Shown: positions 55,451-64,000 of the stretch, in pieces
How positions within the stretch are numbered: the first letter of the stretch is position 1
How the letters are laid out: every line of letters starts with the position of its first letter
Source of the DNA: Christensenellaceae bacterium
GTDB taxonomy: Bacteria; Bacillota; Clostridia; Christensenellales; CAG-138
DNA: 64,000 nt
Assembly (NCBI GenBank): GCA_963666935.1
Contig: OY762936.1
Location: 1,283,949 to 1,347,948 of the forward strand
Direction: 5' to 3'
Notes under the pieces: model-generated
Seen by the model: the letters and a program-made list of their open reading frames with translations, nothing else
What the model was told of the DNA's origin: nothing
The model's database searches: none
Position numbers and translations under genes: made by a program

Positions 55451-56345
55451 CGTGGTGGCTCTTGGTACATTTGATGGGGTTCACCGGGGGCACAGAAAAC
55501 TCATATGTCAGGCCATAGCGCTGGCTTCCCAGCGCGGTTTTGCGCCGCTCATCTACACATTTTCCAACCATCCCATGGAGGCTTTCGGCAGGGCACCGGT
55601 GCGGCTAATGCCGGACGCGGTGCGCTTAGCGGCACTTTCGGAATTCTGTACAGTGAGTACGGATGTGTTTGACCTACGGTTCGCGGCAATGTCGCCGGAG
55701 GGCTTTGTCCGCATGCTTATCGCCCGGTTCAATATGCGCGTGGCGGTGGCGGGATTCAATTATACCTTCGGGAAGAGTGGCATTGGGAATATGGAAACCC
55801 TTCGCTACTACGGGGAGAAATACGGCTTTGAAGTAGTGGAGATTCCGCCGGTTCGATATGGCGTCTCTCCCATTTCCAGCACCCGCATCCGTACGGCCAT
55901 AGAGGCGGGAAACGTGGCAGATGCCGCCGAGATGCTGGGGCGGGAATACCGGCTGTCTGGTCCGGTTGTTATGAACCGACGGTTCGGGCACACCCTTGGT
56001 TTCCCCACGGCAAATATAGACCCACCTGCTTCCCTTGTGATGCCCCGTTTTGGCGTGTATGCTACTTGGGCGGAAGTGGGAGATGCGATCTACCCCGCGG
56101 TGACGAATATCGGAGAGAACCCCACGGTTCAAGGAGACAAGGTGACCATCGAAACCCATCTGCTTGGGTTTAACGGAGATATTTACGGCGAGAAGCTGTC
56201 GGTGCGTTTTATGACCAGACTTCGGGGAGATGTGAAGTTCTCCAGCACCCACGAGCTGGTGCAACAGATCCATCAGGATGTGAGCCGGGCGAAGAGCCTG
56301 TTGAACGTATCCGGCCAAATCCCTGCAAAATCAGGAAGGAAATAA
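55437..56345 (+). CDS. ribF: Bifunctional riboflavin kinase/FMN adenylyltransferase
   Basis: ALGTFDGVHRGH, GFNYTFG, ISST.IR, and the C-terminal kinase domain (GFPTANI...E.HL..F.GD.YG). ATG 55437 overlaps the truB end. Confidence 0.92.
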   Translation: MIKDSVVALGTFDGVHRGHRKLICQAIALASQRGFAPLIYTFSNHPMEAFGRAPVRLMPDAVRLAALSEFCTVSTDVFDLRFAAMSPEGFVRMLIARFNMRVAVAGFNYTFGKSGIGNMETLRYYGEKYGFEVVEIPPVRYGVSPISSTRIRTAIEAGNVADAAEMLGREYRLSGPVVMNRRFGHTLGFPTANIDPPASLVMPRFGVYATWAEVGDAIYPAVTNIGENPTVQGDKVTIETHLLGFNGDIYGEKLSVRFMTRLRGDVKFSSTHELVQQIHQDVSRAKSLLNVSGQIPAKSGRK

Positions 56346-56348
56346 CTG

Positions 56349-56377
56349 TTTACAGGGGAATTGTCATATGATATAGT
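56349..56377 (+). promoter_or_regulatory. Sigma-A promoter (extended -10) for rpsO
   Basis: TTTACA (56349-56354), 17-nt spacer, TGaTATAGT (TATAGT at 56372-56377). This leaves a leader of about 88 nt. Confidence 0.55.
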
Positions 56378-56465
56378 GTATAAGAACCAAGGGCTGTGTT
56401 TTGCGATTTGCCAACGCATGGCGTGGTCTTTTGGCGATTATATTAAGTTTTTAGGAGGCAATACC

Positions 56466-56723
56466 ATGAAAACAAAGGCGGAAATTATCGAGGAATATAA
56501 GGTTCATGACGGTGATACGGGTTCTCCCGAAGTTCAGATCGCCCTCTTGACCGAGCGGATCAACCACCTTAACGAGCACCTCAAGGAGAACAAAAAGGAC
56601 TTTCATTCCCGCAGGGGCTTGCTGAAGATGGTCGGGCGCCGTCGTGGTCTGCTCAACTATCTCAAAGAAAAAGATATTGAGCGTTACCGCTCTATTATTG
56701 CGAGATTGGGCCTGCGCAAATAA
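56466..56723 (+). CDS. rpsO: 30S ribosomal protein S15
   Basis: [50 protein letters not shown] lies ahead of ATG 56466. Confidence 0.96.
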   Translation: MKTKAEIIEEYKVHDGDTGSPEVQIALLTERINHLNEHLKENKKDFHSRRGLLKMVGRRRGLLNYLKEKDIERYRSIIARLGLRK

Positions 56724-56740
56724 CAGCATCAAGAGCCTTT

Positions 56741-56773
56741 CGCGGAAGTGCAAAACACTTCCGCGCTTTTTTT
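56741..56773 (+). terminator. Rho-independent terminator after rpsO
   Basis: CGCGGAAGTG-CAAAA-CACTTCCGCG followed by CTTTTTTT. Confidence 0.8.
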
Positions 56774-56809
56774 ATTTTGGCAAAGGGAGGATGGATTGTC
56801 AGATTTTCG

Positions 56810-56838
56810 TTGCGGCGAATTCTATAATAATGTATAAT
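56810..56838 (+). promoter_or_regulatory. Sigma-A-type promoter candidate for pnp
   Basis: TTGCGG (56810-56815), 17-nt spacer, TATAAT (56833-56838). Confidence 0.4.
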
Positions 56839-56879
56839 AAACTGATTTAGAATGATTATAAGAGAAAGTAAAGGAGCAT

Positions 56880-58982
56880 GTGAACGTGCAGGGAAGAACT
56901 TACAAAATGGAAGTGGCGGGCAAAGATCTCGTCATTGAAACTGGGAAGTACTGCGAACAGGCCGGCGGTAGCGTCGTTGTCCGCAGCGGCGATGCGGTGG
57001 TTCTGGTAAGCGCCACCGTAGCGAAAGAAGCGAGGGCGGGCACGGATTTTCTTCCGCTGTCCATTGAATTTGAGGAGAAGATGTATGCCGCAGGCAAGAT
57101 CCCCGGCGGATTTATCAAACGGGAAGGCCGCCCGTCCGAAAAGGCGGTTCTTGCTTGCCGGTTGATTGACAGGCCTCTTCGTCCGCTGTTTCCCAAGGGC
57201 TTTTACAACGACATTCAGGTGATTGCTACCGTGCTGAGCATGGATCCTGACGTGCAGCCGGAGATTCTGGGCATGATTGGCTCTTCGGTAGCCTTGTGTA
57301 TCAGCAATGCGCCCTTTGCCGGCCCCACGGCAGCTGTGGCGATTGGTTACGTGGACGGAAAGTATATCATTAACCCCACCGCAAGTGAGCGGGAGCAAAG
57401 TCGCCTGCAGCTGACGGTGGCGGGCACCCGGGATGCTGTGATGATGGTGGAAGCCGGCGCCAACGAAATTTCCGAGAAAGAAATGCTGGATGCCATCCTT
57501 CTGGCGCATGAAGAAATCAAGAAAATTGTGGACTTTATCAATGAAATTGTGGCGGCGGAAGGCAAGCCCAAGCTGGAAGTGAACATCTATAAGCCTGACG
57601 CAGCGTTTACGGAATTGGTTCGAGCGTATGCCAGAGACAAAGTGGAATGGCAGCTGGATACCTTTGACCGCAAGGAACGGGAAGCCCGTTCCGAGCAGGT
57701 TAAGAAAGAAACCATTGAGTATTTTGCAGAAACGTATCCCGACAGCGCATCGGATATTGACGCGATTTTATATACCCTTACGAAGGAGATCGTGCGGGAC
57801 AAGATCATCAACCGCAAGATCCGCCCTGACGGACGCGCACAAGACGAGATCCGCCCCATTTGGAGCGAAGTGGGAATTTTGCCCCGGGTTCACGGCAGCG
57901 CCGTATTCACCCGCGGCCAGACCCAGGTGATGAGCATTGTTACGCTGGGCTCCCTCAGAGAGGGACAAACCCTTGACGGTATTGATAGCGCGACGTTCAA
58001 GCGCTATATGCACCAGTACAACATGCCGCCTTACAGCGTGGGCGAAGTGCGCCGCGTTGGTAGCCCCGGACGCCGGGAAATCGGCCATGGCGCGCTGGCG
58101 GAGCGGGCGATTTTACCTATGCTGCCCAGCGAGGAAGAATTCCCCTATGCCATCCGTGCGGTGTCGGAGGTGGTCAGCTCCAACGGTTCTACCTCACAGG
58201 CCTCTGTGTGCGCTTCCGCCATGTCACTCATGGATGCCGGCGTACCGCTGAAAAAGCCCGTGGCCGGCGTGGCGATGGGTCTGATCAAGGATGAGGCTAA
58301 CGGCAATATCGCTGTTCTGACGGATATTCAGGGTCTTGAGGACTTCTTGGGTGATATGGACTTTAAGGTGGCGGGTACCCGGGAGGGCATTACCGCTATT
58401 CAGATGGATATCAAGATCAAGGGCATTAACGAGGAGATCCTCACCCGGGCGCTGGACCAGGCCCGACGCGGACGCATGTTCATTTTGGACAAGATGATGG
58501 AGACTATCAGCGCGCCCAAACCCGAGCTTTCCCCTTACGCGCCCCGGATTCTGCAGTTTACGATCCATCCGGACAAGATCCGCGAGGTTATCGGCAGCGG
58601 CGGGAAGACCATCAACCAGATTATTGCCGATACCGGCGTAAAGATTGACATCGAGGACGATGGACGGGTATTCATTGCATCACCGGATCAGGAAGCGGCC
58701 GCCCACGCAAAGCAGATGATCGAGACCATCTGCCACGACATCGAGATGGGAGAGGTCTTCTTGGGCAAAGTGGTGAATATATTGCCTATCGGCGCGCAGG
58801 TTGAGCTGAAACCCGGCAAAAAGGGCCTTGTACACATCAGCCGCCTGGCCAACCACAGGGTAGAAAAGGTGGAGGACGAAGTCAAGATCGGCGATGAAAT
58901 TCTGGTGCGCGTAATTGCCATTAAGCCCGACGGAAAGATCGACCTCACCCGTAAAGAGCTTTTGCCAGACGCGAAAAATTAA
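56880..58982 (+). CDS. pnp: Polyribonucleotide nucleotidyltransferase (PNPase)
   Basis: Two RNase PH domains (...FTRGQTQV..., GDMDFKVAGT), KH (GSGGKTIN) and S1 (GKVVNI...GAQVEL) domains. GTG 56880 or GTG 56886 follows AAAGGAG. Confidence 0.95.
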   Translation: MNVQGRTYKMEVAGKDLVIETGKYCEQAGGSVVVRSGDAVVLVSATVAKEARAGTDFLPLSIEFEEKMYAAGKIPGGFIKREGRPSEKAVLACRLIDRPLRPLFPKGFYNDIQVIATVLSMDPDVQPEILGMIGSSVALCISNAPFAGPTAAVAIGYVDGKYIINPTASEREQSRLQLTVAGTRDAVMMVEAGANEISEKEMLDAILLAHEEIKKIVDFINEIVAAEGKPKLEVNIYKPDAAFTELVRAYARDKVEWQLDTFDRKEREARSEQVKKETIEYFAETYPDSASDIDAILYTLTKEIVRDKIINRKIRPDGRAQDEIRPIWSEVGILPRVHGSAVFTRGQTQVMSIVTLGSLREGQTLDGIDSATFKRYMHQYNMPPYSVGEVRRVGSPGRREIGHGALAERAILPMLPSEEEFPYAIRAVSEVVSSNGSTSQASVCASAMSLMDAGVPLKKPVAGVAMGLIKDEANGNIAVLTDIQGLEDFLGDMDFKVAGTREGITAIQMDIKIKGINEEILTRALDQARRGRMFILDKMMETISAPKPELSPYAPRILQFTIHPDKIREVIGSGGKTINQIIADTGVKIDIEDDGRVFIASPDQEAAAHAKQMIETICHDIEMGEVFLGKVVNILPIGAQVELKPGKKGLVHISRLANHRVEKVEDEVKIGDEILVRVIAIKPDGKIDLTRKELLPDAKN

Positions 58983-59003
58983 TTTTTCAAAGATTTTATC
59001 CGG

Positions 59004-59031
59004 CAAAGCATAACCCAAAGGTTATGCTTTG
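59004..59031 (+). terminator. 12-bp hairpin after pnp (weak U-tract)
   Basis: CAAAGCATAACC-CAAA-GGTTATGCTTTG followed by CTTGTAT. It may be an RNA-stability or terminator element. Confidence 0.35.
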
Positions 59032-59097
59032 CTTGTATAATTGGTGGACAGGACGAATACCCATATACTAACACGCGAGCGATTCGGAGGTTGGGTT

Positions 59098-59775
59098 ATG
59101 GGGATTCGAAGGATTATCCGGGGAATCATTACAAACGTACTGTTGGCGCTGCTTATTTTGGGGCTGTATATCGGAACCACGGAGCCCAAAGTGATTAGCG
59201 TATTCGCGCCGATATACCGCGGGCAAGCAGAGGACAAGGTAGCCCTGCAGTTTGCGGTAAGCTGGAACGCCGCCGCGCTTGGCGAAATATTGGACACGCT
59301 AAAGGAAAACGGCGTGACCGCTACCTTTGCTGTGAGCGGACAATGGGCAAAGGACAACCCAGATCTGCTCAGGCGCATGGTGTCAGAAGGGCATGAGATC
59401 GCTACCATGGGTCAATATCCGGACATGGAGGGAAACCTCTCCTGGACCATGGAGGACATTTCTGCGGCGGCAGAAACCATTGAGACTCTGTGCGGCCAAA
59501 GACCACAACTCTACTATGCGGGCAGCCGTAGCATGCTGATTTCTTCCTGGGCGGCAAAAAAGCTGGGAATGACGCATGTATCCTGCACCTTGGATTTGTT
59601 AAGCGCAAAAGGGACTGCGGAGGATATTATTAATCGAGCTGCACAGCCTATTGACGGCGGCATCTTTCTACTGCTGCCCACGGCGGCCTGCAACGAGGCG
59701 CTTCCTGGGCTGCTGAAACTTTTAAACGGGAAAGGATTACAGGTCACATCCGTAGGAGATGTGCTGGAATTATGA
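59098..59775 (+). CDS. Polysaccharide deacetylase family protein (YlxY-like)
   Basis: N-terminal TM anchor, then a NodB-like core (VALQFAVSWNAA...GVTATFAVSGQWA...GHEIATMG). Same pnp-downstream position as B. subtilis ylxY. GGAGG lies 7 nt before ATG 59098. Confidence 0.75.
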   Translation: MGIRRIIRGIITNVLLALLILGLYIGTTEPKVISVFAPIYRGQAEDKVALQFAVSWNAAALGEILDTLKENGVTATFAVSGQWAKDNPDLLRRMVSEGHEIATMGQYPDMEGNLSWTMEDISAAAETIETLCGQRPQLYYAGSRSMLISSWAAKKLGMTHVSCTLDLLSAKGTAEDIINRAAQPIDGGIFLLLPTAACNEALPGLLKLLNGKGLQVTSVGDVLEL

Positions 59776-59776
59776 A

Positions 59777-61041
59777 ATGACGATTGTTAGGAAACTGAAA
59801 AATGGGATCACGGTGGTAGCGGAACATATGCCATCTTTCCGCTCCCTTGCCATCAATGTATGGTCCGGTGCGGGGGCGATCTACGAGACTGCCGAAGAGG
59901 CCGGGATTTCGCATTTTATTGAACATATGGTCTTCAAAGGCACAAAAAAGCGCACTGCGTCTCAGATTGCGTCGGAAATGGATGCGGTTGGCGGAAACGT
60001 CAACGCCTTTACCGCCAAAGAATGCACCTGCTTTTACGCCAAAGTGCTGGGCGAGGACATGGAACTAGCCTGTGATATTCTCAGCGATATGGTCTATGCG
60101 CCCCTTCTCGCGAAGGCAGATATTGAGAAGGAAAAAGGCGTGGTGACGGAGGAGATTCTCATGCTTCAAGACAACCCGGAGGACCTGGTTCACGAAACAC
60201 TGTGCGAGACGATTTATGGCGGCGCGCCTCTGGCCAGCCCCATTCTGGGCACGGAAGCCACGGTTCGCTCGTTTACCCGGGATAAGATAATAAACTATAT
60301 GGGCAGCCATTATGCTCCGGAAAACATGGTGATTTCCTGTGCGGGTAACTTCGATGTGGACAAGCTGGAGAATGTTTTGGAGCGGTGGTTTTCCGCCCAT
60401 TGTCCCGGAGAGAAGCGGCAGGCACCCGGGAGCAAGTTGATTGGGCAGCGCGCTTTCAAGGCGGTGGAGCGGGACGTGGAGCAGGTACATATCTGTATAG
60501 GCTTTCCGGGCTTTGCTACCGATACCCCGGAACAGTTTCCCCTGTATGTGCTCAACAACGCCCTTGGCGGCAGCATGAGTTCACGGCTGTTTCAGAGCAT
60601 CCGGGAGGAAAAGGGACTGGCGTATTCTGTTTATTCTTATCCGGCCTGTTACGGTGACACGGGCTATTTTGCCATGTATGCCGGCACAGGGGAAAAGCAG
60701 GCAGCCCAAGTGGTGGAAATGATGCTCGACGAGGTGGACAAGTTCAAGAAGAACGGGCTTACCGTCGAAGAGTTTCAAAGGAGCAAGGATCAGCTTAAAG
60801 GGGGATACCTTCTTGGCAGGAGAGCACGGCTTCCCGGAGCAGTGCCATTGGCAAGGCGCAACTTTTGACGGGCAAGATCCGCAGCGAGCAGGAGGTCCTG
60901 AAGAAGATCGAGAGCGTTACCATGGAGGATGTGGCGGCCATCGCGCCCTATATTCTGAATTATGACCGCATGGCAGGTGCTTTTGTGGGGCGGATCAACA
61001 AGCGGGAAAAAGAAGTGAAGAAAGTATTTGAGGGCAGATAA
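59777..61041 (+). pseudogene. M16-family zinc peptidase (MlpA/YmxG-like) interrupted by a 1-nt frameshift near 60815-60817
   Basis: HFIEHMVFKG (HxxEH) motif. Frame 1 ends at TGA 60866-60868 after the aberrant tail ...LLGRRARLPGAVPLARRNF. The frame opening after TAA 60796-98 reads QESTASRSSAIGKAQLLTGKIRSEQEVLKKIESVTMEDVAAIAPYIL...VFEGR* to 61041, which is the normal family C-terminus. Confidence 0.8.
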
Positions 61042-61042
61042 T

Positions 61043-61402
61043 ATGGACAAGCTGGATCGGATATTTGAACTGCAGGAAATGCTGGATACGGACATTGCCA
61101 CTCGGCGGCATTTGAATTATACGCCGGAAGAATGGATCCAAAAGGACGTGTTGGCTATTACCGCGGAGTTGGGCGAGCTGCTCAATGAAGTAAACTTCAA
61201 ATGGTGGAAAAATCCTAAGGAAATGGACGCCGCCGCCATCAAGGAAGAACTCATCGATGTACTGCACTTTTTTGTGAGCATGTGCATCCGCGCCGGTATG
61301 AGTGCCGAGGAGATGTATCAGATCTACTGCGGCAAGAATCAGGAGAATTTCGACCGTCAGTACGGACGATCCGAAAAAAAGGGCTACGAAGTAACGGAGT
61401 AA
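61043..61402 (+). CDS. All-alpha NTP pyrophosphohydrolase (dimeric-dUTPase/MazG-like) family protein
   Basis: ITAELGELLNEV (ExxE) and KEELIDVLHF (ExxD) metal-binding helices. 119 aa. Start is ATG 61043. Confidence 0.55.
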   Translation: MDKLDRIFELQEMLDTDIATRRHLNYTPEEWIQKDVLAITAELGELLNEVNFKWWKNPKEMDAAAIKEELIDVLHFFVSMCIRAGMSAEEMYQIYCGKNQENFDRQYGRSEKKGYEVTE

Positions 61403-61405
61403 GAC

Positions 61406-62590
61406 ATGGCGAGAAGAAGAAAACGCAGAGAGGATGCATATGGTAGGCTGGTCGCGCTCAGTGCGCTGGCTTTTTTGGCAGTAGCTGGCGTCATTGCGAT
61501 AATTGTTGCCGGCAACGGCACATCCCGGGCGGCGGAGGGTAGCATGAAGGCCGCCATCTCAGCCTCTGCGGTCATTATACGGGATGAGGTCAGCATGACT
61601 GTGGAAAAATTCGATCATATCGTATACGAGGTCAACGAGGGCGCTCAAGTGAATGCGGAAATGCCGGTAGCCGTGGTGTACAAGTGGGGTTACAGCGACG
61701 ACGTCACACAATCCCTGCTTGACATTCAGCAGCAGATCTATGATAAACAGGTGGCGATTATGGACGGTGTGGAGAGTGCGGAGCTCACCTCCCTCAACAC
61801 CCAAATTTCGGACGTGCAGCAGCGCATCCGCGGCAGTATTTCTGGAAATAACCAGGAAAACCTGCTGACGCTGGAAAACAATTTGATAACCTTGTTGGGC
61901 CAGCGTATCACCCTCCTAAAAAATAGCGTTCAGGCGGATGCAGAACTCACGGCGCTTTACGCGGAGGAAGTGACCAAACAGGCGCAAATCGCGGAATACA
62001 CCAGCGAGGTCTCTGTCAAAAGCACGGGTATCGTCAGCTTTTACTTCGATGGGTATGAGGATGTACTTTCGGTGGATAAGCTGGACGTAGTCAATGCGGA
62101 TTTGGTGAACAGAATTGCCGGCGGGGCGGATGGAAGCACCGTGGCGATCTCTGAAAACGGCCTGTACAGGCTCGTGAATCCCGACAGGTGGTACGCTGCG
62201 TTCGTTTCCTCCACTTCCGATCCGCTTGTGCTGGCCGAAGGGGAGAGCTACAGCGTTGTGTTTGAAGGGTACCCGAATACCGTGTATACCGGCAAGGCCG
62301 TAAAGAGCACTGCCTCGGATTCCAAAGTGCTCAATATGTTTGAGTTCAATGAAAACATCGGCGAGCTGATTGACGTTCGCACGGCAAAGGCTACAATTAC
62401 CGCGGAGCTGACGGGGTTTAAGGTTGCTGTTTCGGCCATTAATACCAAGAATGGCGTCTCCACCGTCAAATCCGCAGAAACGGGTGAAAATGTGGAGGTC
62501 CGGGTTCTTGCTATAGAAAATGATCTTGCCCTGGTGCGCGCTGTAGACGGCAGCAGCGTATACGCGGGAATGCGGTATAAAAAGGGCTGA
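61406..62590 (+). CDS. HlyD-like membrane-fusion-type protein (N-terminal TM anchor plus coiled coil plus beta domains)
   Basis: Basic N-terminus, one TM helix (LVALSALAFLAVAGVIAIIVAG), a central heptad-rich region (LLDIQQQIYDKQ...LTLENNLITLLGQRITLL), and a beta-rich C-terminus. The family call is by architecture only. Confidence 0.4.
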   Translation: MARRRKRREDAYGRLVALSALAFLAVAGVIAIIVAGNGTSRAAEGSMKAAISASAVIIRDEVSMTVEKFDHIVYEVNEGAQVNAEMPVAVVYKWGYSDDVTQSLLDIQQQIYDKQVAIMDGVESAELTSLNTQISDVQQRIRGSISGNNQENLLTLENNLITLLGQRITLLKNSVQADAELTALYAEEVTKQAQIAEYTSEVSVKSTGIVSFYFDGYEDVLSVDKLDVVNADLVNRIAGGADGSTVAISENGLYRLVNPDRWYAAFVSSTSDPLVLAEGESYSVVFEGYPNTVYTGKAVKSTASDSKVLNMFEFNENIGELIDVRTAKATITAELTGFKVAVSAINTKNGVSTVKSAETGENVEVRVLAIENDLALVRAVDGSSVYAGMRYKKG

Positions 62591-62614
62591 TCGTGATGAG
62601 ATGGAGGCTTGATT

Positions 62615-63301
62615 ATGTGCATACGTGATAACTACTTTTGTATTTTGGAAGGCATGGCGGACGCTTGCGCTAAGGCTAACCGCCGGATGGAGGACGTTGA
62701 GCTGGTTGCGGTTACAAAATTCATACCGGTGGAGCGGATCGATGAGGCGGTGAAACTGGGCATAAAGAGCGTGGGGGAAAACCGGGTTCAGGAGCTTAGG
62801 GAAAAGCTGGAGTATTTCAATGCGCAGGATTTAAATGTGCATTTGATTGGACAACTGCAAACAAATAAGGTAAAATATGTAATAGGCAAGGTCAAGCTGA
62901 TCCAGTCCGTGGATCGGGAAGAATTGGCTGCGGAAATCAGCCGCCTTGCGGTGCGAAACGGCGTCGTGCAGGATGTGCTCGTTGAGGTGAACATCGGCGA
63001 CGAATCGCAAAAGGGCGGTGTTCCGGTTTCGGAACTTTCGCATTTTCTACAGTTGATGTCCGGCATGCCCAATGTGAACACAAAGGGGCTGATGTGCATT
63101 CCGCCTGCAGTGGGTGCCGACGAAGCACGTCCCTACTTTGCGAAGATGCGCAAGCTTTTCGACGATTTGGGAAGGGCAAACCTTTCAAACGTGGAGATGC
63201 GGGTGCTTTCCATGGGTATGAGCGGGGATTATACAGCCGCAATTCAGGAGGGCGCAACGATGGTCCGAGTGGGAACGGCGCTGTTCGGAGCGCGCAAGTG
63301 A
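62615..63301 (+). CDS. yggS: YggS/YlmE-family pyridoxal-phosphate homeostasis protein
   Basis: LVAVTK (PLP-binding Lys), GENRVQEL, HLIG.LQTNK, LSMGMS.DY, and VRVGTALFG. ATG 62615 lies 7 nt after GGAGG. Confidence 0.9.
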   Translation: MCIRDNYFCILEGMADACAKANRRMEDVELVAVTKFIPVERIDEAVKLGIKSVGENRVQELREKLEYFNAQDLNVHLIGQLQTNKVKYVIGKVKLIQSVDREELAAEISRLAVRNGVVQDVLVEVNIGDESQKGGVPVSELSHFLQLMSGMPNVNTKGLMCIPPAVGADEARPYFAKMRKLFDDLGRANLSNVEMRVLSMGMSGDYTAAIQEGATMVRVGTALFGARK

Positions 63302-63419
63302 AGCGGCAGCGGAGCGGGCGTAGATAGATAGAAGCCTGACCGTAGATGGAAAAAGGCAAATGCAGTGTTTTCTCCAAGCGCCAAGTTAAAATTATTTTAA
63401 TGAATTGGAGGAAAAAAGC

Positions 63420-63863
63420 ATGGCAGGAATTTTGGACAAGCTCATGGGATTTATCGGTTTTGAGGAAGTGGATGAAGGGTACGAAGAGGATTACTTTGAC
63501 GGCCCTACTGCGGAAGATACCGATCATGTTTTAAACCTGAGCAATCGCGGCAGGAAAAAAGCCGCCGGCAGCAATGTGGTAAGCCTTCCCACCGTGGCGC
63601 AGAACAAGATGATCGTCTACCATCCTGTAAGCTATGAGGATACGCAGAACATCATCGACAATCTGAAAGCCCGTAAACCCGTTATCGTCAACATGGAAGA
63701 GCTTGAGATCGATTGTGCCCAGCGCATACTGGACTTTATGGCAGGCGCAATTTACGCGCTCAACGGCACGATCTACAAGATCTCCCGGGGTATTTTCGTC
63801 GTGGCACCCGCGAACTACGATGTAATCGGCAACGAAGAAAGTGATTCTGTTGGCGTAATGTAA
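63420..63863 (+). CDS. sepF: Cell division protein SepF
   Basis: MAGILDKLMGFIG N-terminal membrane-targeting helix. C-terminal core P.SYEDTQNIIDNLKARKPVIVNMEELE...AQRILDF..G..YAL.G. Confidence 0.92.
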   Translation: MAGILDKLMGFIGFEEVDEGYEEDYFDGPTAEDTDHVLNLSNRGRKKAAGSNVVSLPTVAQNKMIVYHPVSYEDTQNIIDNLKARKPVIVNMEELEIDCAQRILDFMAGAIYALNGTIYKISRGIFVVAPANYDVIGNEESDSVGVM

Positions 63864-63880
63864 TGGCCGCATTGAAACCA

Positions 63881-63916
63881 AAGGATACGGAGCCGTTTTT
63901 GCGGCTCCGTATCCTT
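63881..63916 (+). terminator. 15-bp hairpin after sepF (no clear U-tract)
   Basis: AAGGATACGGAGCCG-TTTTTG-CGGCTCCGTATCCTT. Confidence 0.4.
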
Positions 63917-63935
63917 AAGGCGAGGGGAACGCAAT

Positions 63936-64000
63936 ATGAAGAAGCAGGATATTATTCAAAAACAATTCAGCCGCGCTTTTCGTGGGTATGAAATCGGCGA
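63936..64000 (+). CDS. divIVA: DivIVA-domain protein, 3'-truncated by the window edge
   Basis: MKKQDIIQKQFSRAFRGYEIG matches the DivIVA N-terminal lipid-binding domain consensus (..DI..K.F...FRGY). Only 21 codons are visible. Confidence 0.55.
   Translation, partial: MKKQDIIQKQFSRAFRGYEIG

Noticed and set aside
60805-60870. Programmed ribosomal frameshift in the M16 peptidase gene
   Set aside because: There is no slippery heptamer (the sequence is CTTCTTGGCAGGAG), no internal SD-like stimulator and no downstream pseudoknot that I can see. A mutation or sequencing error is more economical.
1-64000. Mobile elements, prophage, tRNA/rRNA genes, riboswitches
   Set aside because: No transposase, integrase or phage-like translations appear in the ORF track. 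I noticed no long inverted terminal repeats. The intergenic regions are short (the longest is about 280 bp), and none showed a cloverleaf or a riboswitch core that I could recognise by eye. A proper Infernal/tRNAscan run is still advisable.

Overview
The window is a GC-rich (by eye, not computed) core chromosomal segment of a Firmicutes/Clostridia-type genome. Nearly all genes are on the + strand. The only minus-strand genes are rarD, one 88-aa orphan and gtrA. Gene order follows well-known Bacillus/Clostridium housekeeping blocks:
- murA-ftsQ-ftsA-ftsZ
- pth-mfd
- recJ-relA-dtd-(MBL hydrolase)-hemZ-hisS-aspS
- glyA, then iscR-nifS-nifU
- ireB-ruvX-DUF1292
- rpsB-tsf / pyrH-frr-uppS-dxr-rseP-ispG-polC
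- rimP-nusA-ylxR-ylxQ-infB-rbfA-nrnA-truB-ribF-rpsO-pnp-(deacetylase)-(M16 peptidase)
- yggS-sepF-divIVA

I saw no rRNA, tRNA, CRISPR array, transposase or integrase.

The most interesting item is absent from the ORF track because it is shorter than 60 aa. It is a 47-aa six-cysteine SCIFF-type precursor peptide (17631..17774) with its own promoter. A strong hairpin with a U-run follows it, and then a radical-SAM/SPASM maturase (17852..19195). Together these form a ranthipeptide RiPP locus whose biological role is unknown in any organism.

Other observations worth a second look:
- a perfect 70-bp tandem duplication of the ruvX 3' end
- a 1-nt frameshift splitting the M16 peptidase
- eight in-frame 36-nt tandem repeats in infB
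- an apparently leaderless DUF2156 gene that overlaps a GNAT gene
- a 9-bp inverted repeat abutting the iscR promoter
- a terminator-like hairpin in the rimP-nusA leader
- an AT-rich islet with two orphan small genes
- an IspD/IspF fusion

All calls rest on reading the translations and sequence by eye. No database search or folding calculation was possible.
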